From: a virus
Taxonomy: Duplodnaviria > Heunggongvirae > Uroviricota > Caudoviricetes
DNA length: 4,583 nucleotides
Direction: 5' to 3' (one strand)
IMG/VR virus record: IMGVR_UViG_2529292996_000007
Every line of letters begins with the position of its first letter. The stretch's first letter is position 1. A program made the translations under genes and the position numbers. This document shows, one piece after another, positions 1 through 4,583 of the stretch. Below the pieces are notes generated by a model, which did not search any database, was not told where the DNA came from, and was given only the letters and a program-made list of their open reading frames with translations.

Positions 1-348
1 GGCTATGTGCATTTCCCTGACTGGCTGGGGAGCTGGTTTTACGACGAACTGACGTATGAAGAGCGGAGCAGTGACGGGAAATGGAGTAAGCCTGGTCGCG
101 GTGCCAACGAAGCTTTTGACCTGATGGTGTATGCCGAGGCTCTGGTCATTCTGCATGGATACGAAAAGATCCGCTGGCCGGATGCACCGGAGTGGGCGAG
201 CCGGGAAACCTGGCTGGAGTGTGTCCAGGACAGTACCGAACCGTCATCCTCACCGGAACCGGTATCCACGCCTGTTAAAAAACAAAAACGGAAGAAAACA
301 GTAACTGACGATGTTAACCCCTGGCTGACTTCCGGAGGATGGTTATGA
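1..348 (+). CDS. Terminase large subunit, C-terminal fragment (5' end lies upstream of the window)
   Basis: Frame 1 is open from base 1 to the TGA at 346-348, so the first listed Met at 7 is probably internal. It sits immediately upstream of the gpW-like and portal genes, which is the lambda A-W-B gene order, and its stop overlaps the next start (ATGA at 345-348). The C-terminal tail is Ser/Pro/Glu-rich followed by a Lys-rich cluster (KKQKRKK). The call rests on position and context; I cannot verify terminase motifs in a 113-aa tail. Confidence 0.6.
   Translation, partial: GYVHFPDWLGSWFYDELTYEERSSDGKWSKPGRGANEAFDLMVYAEALVILHGYEKIRWPDAPEWASRETWLECVQDSTEPSSSPEPVSTPVKKQKRKKTVTDDVNPWLTSGGWL
334..338 (+). 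promoter_or_regulatory. Shine-Dalgarno (GGAGG) for the gpW-like gene, 6 nt upstream of ATG 345
   Basis: GGAGG at 334-338, followed by a 6-nt spacer and ATG at 345-347. Confidence 0.6.
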
Positions 349-557
349 ACCAGAATGATATCGAAGCCATGATTCAGCGTTATATGGAAGCTGAAATGGC
401 GGTGCTGGACGGAAAATCCGTCACCTTTAATGGTCAGCAGATGACCATGGAAAACTTATCTGAGATCCGGCAGGGACGGCAGGAGTGGGAGCGCCGCCTT
501 GCGGCTCTGATTACACGACGACGGGGGCATCCCGGGTACCGGCTGGCGAGGTTCTGA
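345..557 (+). CDS. gpW-like head completion / head-tail joining protein (70 aa)
   Basis: Start ATG 345 is preferred over ATG 339 because the SD at 334-338 has no spacer to 339. The 70-aa product matches lambda gpW in size (about 68 aa) and ends in a basic RRRG-containing tail (…ITRRRGHPGYRLARF) that resembles my recollection of the gpW C-terminus. It sits between terminase and portal. Stop TGA 555-557 overlaps the portal ATG 557-559. Confidence 0.75.
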   Translation: MNQNDIEAMIQRYMEAEMAVLDGKSVTFNGQQMTMENLSEIRQGRQEWERRLAALITRRRGHPGYRLARF

Positions 558-2065
558 TGGCAATTCTTGATGATGTGATTGGCGTTTTTTCACCTGGATG
601 GAAAGCGGCAAGGCTGCGTTCCCGTGCGGTGATCCAGGCTTATGAAGCCGTAAAAACGACGCGGACACACAAAGCCCGACGGGAGAACCGAACTGCCGAC
701 CAGCTAAGCCAGTACGGGGCCGTGTCGTTACGTGAGCAGGCCCGTTACCTTGATAACAACCACGATCTGGTTATTGGTGTATTTGACAAGCTGGAAGAAC
801 GGGTGGTGGGGAAAAACGGGATTATTGTCGAGCCACATCCGGTATTACGCAATGGGGCCATTGCCCGTGATCTGGCAGCGGAGATTCGCACCCGATGGAG
901 TGAATGGTCTGTCAGCCCGGAAGTCACCGGGCAGTTTACCCGTCCGATGCTGGAACGTCTGATGCTGCGTACCTGGCTGCGCGATGGTGAGGTGTTTGCC
1001 CAGATGGTTTCCGGGCGCATAAACAGCCTGACGCCTTCTGCCGGTGTTCATTTCTGGCTGGAGGCGCTCGAGCCGGACTTTATTCCCATGACCAGTGATG
1101 AGAGCAACAGGCTGAATCAGGGCGTGTTTGTTGATGACTGGGGGCGTCCCGAAAAATATCTGGTGTATAAAAGCCGTCCCGTATCCGGACGGCAGATGGA
1201 AACCAAAGAAGTGGATGCAGAGCGAATGCTGCATCTTAAATTTGTTCGCCGTCTGCACCAGATGCGCGGGACGTCTTTGTTGTCCGGTGTGCTGATCCGC
1301 CTCAGTGCCCTGAAAGATTATGAAGATTATGAGCTGACTGCAGCAAGGATCGCCGCTGCTCTGGGGATGTACATCCGCAAAGGCGACGGGCAGAGCTATG
1401 AACCGGATGGTAATGGCAGCAAGGATAAGGAACGCGAGCTTACCATTCAGCCAGGCATTATTTACGATGATCTGAAACCCGGCGAAGAAATCGGAATGGT
1501 GAAGTCGGATCGCCCCAATCCTAACCTTGAAACTTTTCGTAATGGTCAGTTGCGTGCCGTGGCGGCGGGCAGTCGTCTGAGTTTTTCCAGTACAGCGCGC
1601 AACTATAACGGCACTTACAGCGCCCAGCGTCAGGAGCTGGTTGAATCTACTGATGGCTACCTGATCCTGCAGGACTGGTTTATTGGTGCCGTCACCCGCC
1701 CGATGTATCGTGCATGGCTGAAACAGGCTGTGGCATCCGGTGTTATCAGGCTACCCCGCGATCTTGACCGTTCTTCACTGTATACCGCGGTGTATTCCGG
1801 ACCAGTGATGCCGTGGATTGACCCTGTTAAGGAGGCTGAGGCCTGGAAAATCCAGATTCGTGGTGGAGCGGCGACAGAATCAGACTGGGTACGTGCTGGT
1901 GGTCGTAATCCGGATGATGTCAAACGTCGGCGCAAGGCCGAAATTGATGAAAACCGCAAGCTGGATCTGGTATTTGATACCGATCCGGCCAGTGATAAAG
2001 GAGGCAGTAGTGCCGCAACGAAACGACAGGAGCCGCAGCACACCGACGACCAGTCCGAAGATTAA
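557..2065 (+). CDS. Portal protein (502 aa)
   Basis: Long ORF ending at TAA 2063-2065. ATG 557 is preceded by GAGG at 548-551 with a 5-nt spacer and overlaps the upstream stop (TGATG). Size and position after the gpW-like gene and before the protease/capsid gene fit a portal. The track's upstream start at 485 is a GTG with no properly spaced SD and would overlap the gpW-like gene by 73 nt. The C-terminal tail is acidic and polar (…KRQEPQHTDDQSED). Confidence 0.8.
   Translation: MAILDDVIGVFSPGWKAARLRSRAVIQAYEAVKTTRTHKARRENRTADQLSQYGAVSLREQARYLDNNHDLVIGVFDKLEERVVGKNGIIVEPHPVLRNGAIARDLAAEIRTRWSEWSVSPEVTGQFTRPMLERLMLRTWLRDGEVFAQMVSGRINSLTPSAGVHFWLEALEPDFIPMTSDESNRLNQGVFVDDWGRPEKYLVYKSRPVSGRQMETKEVDAERMLHLKFVRRLHQMRGTSLLSGVLIRLSALKDYEDYELTAARIAAALGMYIRKGDGQSYEPDGNGSKDKERELTIQPGIIYDDLKPGEEIGMVKSDRPNPNLETFRNGQLRAVAAGSRLSFSSTARNYNGTYSAQRQELVESTDGYLILQDWFIGAVTRPMYRAWLKQAVASGVIRLPRDLDRSSLYTAVYSGPVMPWIDPVKEAEAWKIQIRGGAATESDWVRAGGRNPDDVKRRRKAEIDENRKLDLVFDTDPASDKGGSSAATKRQEPQHTDDQSED
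1999..2004 (+). promoter_or_regulatory. Strong Shine-Dalgarno (AGGAGG, within AAAGGAGG 1997-2004) inside the portal 3' end, 5 nt upstream of in-frame GTG 2010 of the protease/capsid ORF
   Basis: AGGAGG at 1999-2004, spacer 2005-2009 (cagta), GTG at 2010-2012, which is in frame with the long ORF ending at 4037. Confidence 0.5.
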
Positions 2066-4037
2066 TTCCTGGTTCAGGATGCAGGCTGGTCACCAGAGTG
2101 ACGCGGATATTTATATTTATGACGAGATTGGTTTCTGGGGTGTTACAGCGAAGCAGTTTATCAGTGATCTGAATGCACTGGGCGATATCACCCACATTAA
2201 TCTCCATATCAATTCACCGGGTGGCGATGTCTTTGAAGGCATCGCCATTTTTAATGCACTGAAAACACATGGTGCGTCCATTACCGTTTATGTCGACGGT
2301 GTGGCGGCGTCAATGGCGTCGGTCATTGCGATGGTGGGAAACCCGGTCATTATGCCGGAAAACACCTTCATGATGATTCATAAACCATTTGGCTTTACGG
2401 GCGGTGATGCGGAGGACATGCGCACCTATGCCGACCTGCTCGATAAGGTTGAGGCGGTTCTGTTACCCGCTTATGCACAGAAAACCGGGAAAACCACCGA
2501 TGAAATTGCTGCCATGCTGGCGGATGAGACCTGGATGTCCGGTGCCGAATGTCTGGCACATGGATTTGCTGATCAGGTAACGCCAGCCGTTAAGGCAATG
2601 GCATGTATTCAGTCAAAACGTACAGAGGAATTTAAAAAGATGCCGGAATCCATTCGAAACATGATTACTCCGCCACGCAACAGTGCTCCACGCGTACAGG
2701 ATGATGAACCTGCAGCCTCCCGGACGCCAGTGCAGGCAGCAGCACCCGTGGTGGATGAAAACAGTATCCGTGCGCAGGTACTGGCAGAGCAAAAAGCGCG
2801 TGTAAACGGTATTAATGATCTGTTTGCCATGTTTGGCGGGCGTTATCAGACGCTGCAGGCTCAGTGTCTTGCCGATCCTGAGTGTTCGCTGGAGCAGGCC
2901 CGCGAAAAGCTGTTGAACGAGATGGGGCGCGAGTCCACGCCATCCAATAAAAATACACCGGCTCATATTTATGCTGGTAACGGTAATTTTGTGGGGGACG
3001 GGATTCGCCAGGCGCTGATGGCGCGTGCCGGATTTGAAAAAACCGAACGTGATAATGTCTACAACGGGATGACCCTGCGTGAATATGCCCGTATGTCACT
3101 GACTGAACGGGGTATTGGGGTTTCCGGTTATAACCCGATGCAGATGGTCGGTGCGGCGTTCACACACAGTACGTCTGACTTCGGTAATATTCTGCTGGAT
3201 GTTGCGAACAAAGCCATTCTGCAGGGCTGGGAAGATGCTCCTGAAACCTATGAACAATGGACGCGGAAAGGTCAGTTGTCTGATTTTAAAATTGCCCATC
3301 GTGTGGGTATGGGGGGCTTCAGTGCTCTGCGTCAGGTGCGTGAAGGGGCGGAATATAAATACGTCACCACCGGAGATAAACAGGCCACTATTGCACTGGC
3401 GACCTATGGCGAGCTGTTCAGTATCACCCGTCAGGCCATTATCAATGATGATCTGAATATGCTGACCGATGTCCCGATGAAACTGGGCCGTGCGGCGAAA
3501 TCCACTATTGCCGATCTGGTTTATGCCATTCTGACGTCTAACCCGAAAATCTCCACAGATAATGTAAGTCTGTTCGATAAAGCGAAACATGCAAACGTAC
3601 TGGAGAGCGCTGCAATGGACGTGGCATCGCTGGATAAAGCCCGCCAGTTGATGCGCGTTCAGAAAGAGGGGGAGCGTCATCTGAATATTCGTCCTGCGTT
3701 CGTACTGGTACCGACGGCGATGGAGTCTGTTGCTAACCAGGTCATTCGCTCCTCAAGTGTCAAGGGGGCTGACATTAACGCCGGTATTATTAACCCGGTG
3801 AAAGATTTTGCGACCGTTATTGCAGAGCCTCGTCTTGATGATAACAGCCAGACCACCTTCTACCTGGCTGCGTCAAAAGGCTCCGATACGATTGAAGTGG
3901 CTTATCTCAACGGTGTGGATACGCCATATATTGATCAGATGGAGGGCTTCAGTGTGGATGGCGTGACAACGAAAGTGCGTATTGACGCCGGTGTCGCGCC
4001 AGTTGATCACCGCGGTCTGGTGAAATGTACGGCGTAA
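2010..4037 (+). CDS. Fusion polyprotein: ClpP-like (S14) prohead serine protease, linker/scaffold-like segment and HK97-fold-type major capsid domain
   Basis: Continuous ORF ending at TAA 4035-4037. The N-terminal region carries ClpP-family motifs: GVAASMAS (candidate catalytic Ser codon 2310-2312), MMIHKP (candidate His codon 2379-2381) and a C-terminal ClpP-like motif ADETWMSGAECLAHGFADQV. The C-terminal roughly 360 aa (about 2950-4037) has the length and character of a phage major capsid protein. The start is ambiguous: GTG 2010 has a canonical SD but overlaps the portal by 56 nt, while ATG 2079 is the first ATG after the portal stop and has no SD. I report 2010; the alternative gives 2079..4037 (652 aa). 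Confidence 0.8.
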   Translation: MPQRNDRSRSTPTTSPKINSWFRMQAGHQSDADIYIYDEIGFWGVTAKQFISDLNALGDITHINLHINSPGGDVFEGIAIFNALKTHGASITVYVDGVAASMASVIAMVGNPVIMPENTFMMIHKPFGFTGGDAEDMRTYADLLDKVEAVLLPAYAQKTGKTTDEIAAMLADETWMSGAECLAHGFADQVTPAVKAMACIQSKRTEEFKKMPESIRNMITPPRNSAPRVQDDEPAASRTPVQAAAPVVDENSIRAQVLAEQKARVNGINDLFAMFGGRYQTLQAQCLADPECSLEQAREKLLNEMGRESTPSNKNTPAHIYAGNGNFVGDGIRQALMARAGFEKTERDNVYNGMTLREYARMSLTERGIGVSGYNPMQMVGAAFTHSTSDFGNILLDVANKAILQGWEDAPETYEQWTRKGQLSDFKIAHRVGMGGFSALRQVREGAEYKYVTTGDKQATIALATYGELFSITRQAIINDDLNMLTDVPMKLGRAAKSTIADLVYAILTSNPKISTDNVSLFDKAKHANVLESAAMDVASLDKARQLMRVQKEGERHLNIRPAFVLVPTAMESVANQVIRSSSVKGADINAGIINPVKDFATVIAEPRLDDNSQTTFYLAASKGSDTIEVAYLNGVDTPYIDQMEGFSVDGVTTKVRIDAGVAPVDHRGLVKCTA

Positions 4038-4060
4038 ACGTCGCAGACAACAACTCTGAT

Positions 4061-4080
4061 GGCCCGTAAGGGCTTTTTTT
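4061..4080 (+). terminator. Putative intrinsic terminator, copy 1 (short GC stem with GUAA tetraloop plus U7)
   Basis: ggccc-GTAA-gggc at 4061-4073 gives four G-C pairs plus a possible G-U closing pair around a GNRA-type tetraloop, followed by seven T at 4074-4080, directly after the capsid stop. The stem is short, so strength is uncertain. Confidence 0.45.
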
Positions 4081-4119
4081 GTACCGTACGGCGTAAACGT
4101 CGCAGACAACAACTCTGAT

Positions 4120-4139
4120 GGCCCGTAAGGGCTTTTTTT
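4120..4139 (+). terminator. Putative intrinsic terminator, copy 2 (identical to copy 1)
   Basis: Identical hairpin at 4120-4132 and T7 at 4133-4139 within the second repeat unit. Confidence 0.45.
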
Positions 4140-4150
4140 GTACCTGAAAT

Positions 4151-4169
4151 CAGCCCCTGAACGGGGCTG
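4151..4169 (+). other. Perfect 7-bp stem / 5-nt loop hairpin in the 5' leader of the downstream gene
   Basis: cagcccc (4151-4157), loop tgaac (4158-4162), ggggctg (4163-4169) form an exact inverted repeat. There is no T-run after it, so it is unlikely to be a terminator. It lies 4 nt upstream of the SD at 4173-4177. Confidence 0.4.
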
Positions 4170-4172
4170 TGC

Positions 4173-4177
4173 GGAGA
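4173..4177 (+). promoter_or_regulatory. Shine-Dalgarno (GGAGA) for the DUF2190-like gene
   Basis: GGAGA at 4173-4177, 5-nt spacer, ATG at 4183. Confidence 0.55.
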
Positions 4178-4182
4178 CAGTT

Positions 4183-4506
4183 ATGGCAAAGAATTTTGTA
4201 GAAGAAGGAAAAACGGTGGCGATTGTTGCCAGTGCAGCCATCAGCAGCGGAGACCTGGTGCAGGTGGGTGATGTTTTTGCGGTGGCGCTGACCGATATTC
4301 CACAGGGTGAAACAGGCGACGGCCTGACCGAAGGTGTGTTTATGCTGCCTAAGCTGAAAACGGATGACATGAAAACGGGTAAGAAGGTTTATCTGAAGTC
4401 CGGAAAAGTTCAGCTGACTAACAGCGGCTCTGATCCGCTGGTCGGGGTTGTCTGGGCAGATGCCGGAACCAGTGCAGAAGAAGTGCCGGTAAAACTCAAT
4501 GTCTGA
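4183..4506 (+). CDS. Small DUF2190-like phage head protein, putative capsid decoration protein (107 aa)
   Basis: ATG 4183 with SD; stop TGA 4504-4506. The track's longer ORF starts at TTG 4138, which lies inside the terminator repeat and has no SD. The protein has the Gly/Val-rich pattern I associate with the DUF2190 family (…GDLVQVGDVFAVAL…GVFMLPK…GKKVY…PLVGVVWADA…VPVKLNV), which is commonly found just downstream of major capsid genes. Family assignment is from memory, not a search. Confidence 0.7.
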   Translation: MAKNFVEEGKTVAIVASAAISSGDLVQVGDVFAVALTDIPQGETGDGLTEGVFMLPKLKTDDMKTGKKVYLKSGKVQLTNSGSDPLVGVVWADAGTSAEEVPVKLNV

Positions 4507-4583
4507 TCCCTTTTCCCGGCTGGCAGCGCGTATGGATGCGATCACGGTCAGAAAGATGGGAAAGACAGCCTCGATTAATGATG
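4499..4583 (+). CDS. Start of next late-operon gene (partial, runs off the window; function unknown)
   Basis: Frame is open from ATG 4499 (MSDPFSRLAARMDAITVRKMGKTASIND…) to the window end. ATG 4499 overlaps the upstream stop (ATGTCTGA), as at the other junctions. No convincing SD is present; alternative in-frame starts are ATG 4532 and ATG 4556. Too short to assign function. Confidence 0.25.
   Translation, partial: MSDPFSRLAARMDAITVRKMGKTASIND

Larger units (their letters stand above)
4027..4144. repeat. Perfect tandem direct repeat, 2 x 59 bp (4027-4085 and 4086-4144)
   Basis: Base-by-base comparison shows 59/59 identity: gtacggcgtaaacgtcgcagacaacaactctgatggcccgtaagggctttttttgtacc occurs twice head-to-tail. 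Copy 1 contains the last codons and the TAA stop of the capsid ORF. Confidence 0.95.

Noticed and set aside
339-344. ATG 339 as start of the gpW-like gene
   Set aside because: The GGAGG at 334-338 directly abuts it with no spacer; ATG 345 has correct spacing and overlaps the terminase stop.
485-556. Upstream GTG start at 485 for the portal ORF
   Set aside because: No properly spaced SD (AGGA abuts the codon) and it would overlap the gpW-like gene by 73 nt. ATG 557 has an SD at 5-nt spacing and the typical stop/start overlap.
845-1258. 137-aa minus-strand ORF (and similar minus-strand ORFs at 745-1020, 1657-2043, 1920-2207, 2609-2966, 2812-3099, 39-269, 456-668)
   Set aside because: All are embedded antisense within the terminase, portal or fusion genes and are interpreted as spurious.
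1818-2009. Track start of the 739-aa ORF at 1818 (and ATG 1947)
   Set aside because: These would overlap the portal gene by about 250 or 120 nt with no SD. The ClpP-like domain begins near 2100, and better starts exist at 2010 and 2079.
2389-2580. 63-aa + strand ORF in an alternative frame (and the 113-aa ORF at 3115-3456, 76-aa ORF at 732-962)
   Set aside because: They are out-of-frame ORFs nested inside the protease, capsid and portal coding regions, with Arg/Cys/Trp-rich composition typical of off-frame translation and no SD.
3096-3680. 194-aa ORF on the minus strand
   Set aside because: It lies entirely antisense within the capsid domain of the + strand fusion gene, with no SD or partner genes on the minus strand. 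Antisense ORFs of this size are common opposite G+C-balanced coding sequence.
4027-4144. Possible CRISPR array or mobile-element terminal repeats
   Set aside because: There are only two directly abutting copies with no spacer between them, no cas genes and no transposase or integrase nearby. A tandem duplication of a terminator unit is the simpler reading.
4139-4170. Possible sigma-70 promoter (TTGTAC as -35) ahead of the DUF2190-like gene
   Set aside because: No acceptable -10 hexamer lies 16-18 nt downstream (that position is the G+C-rich hairpin). The resemblance is weak.
4138-4182. TTG 4138 as start of the DUF2190-like ORF
   Set aside because: It lies inside the U-tract of the second terminator copy and has no SD. 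ATG 4183 has an SD and gives a protein of typical size.
3873-4370. 165-aa minus-strand ORF spanning the capsid 3' end, the tandem repeats and the DUF2190-like gene
   Set aside because: Its frame runs through the terminator-like hairpins and opposite two well-supported + strand genes. There is no independent support.
4150-4545. 131-aa minus-strand ORF
   Set aside because: Antisense to the DUF2190-like gene and the next gene start; the whole module is transcribed on the + strand.

Overview
This window is a tightly packed, single-strand (+) head-morphogenesis module of a lambdoid-type tailed phage or prophage; codon usage and GC content look enterobacterial. In order it contains: the 3' end of a terminase large-subunit gene (1..348), a gpW-like head-completion gene (345..557), a portal gene (557..2065), one long ORF fusing a ClpP-like prohead protease, a linker and a major capsid domain (2010 or 2079..4037), a structured 145-nt intergenic region with a perfect 2 x 59 bp tandem duplication, a small DUF2190-like putative decoration gene (4183..4506), and the first codons of a further gene. 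All minus-strand ORFs in the track lie antisense inside these genes and are judged spurious. I see no evidence of a defence system, toxin, integrase or other cargo in this window. The features most worth follow-up are the duplicated terminator-like unit immediately after the capsid gene, the protease-linker-capsid fusion, and the ambiguous start of that fusion. All homology statements come from reading the translations and from memory of family motifs; none was confirmed by a database search.
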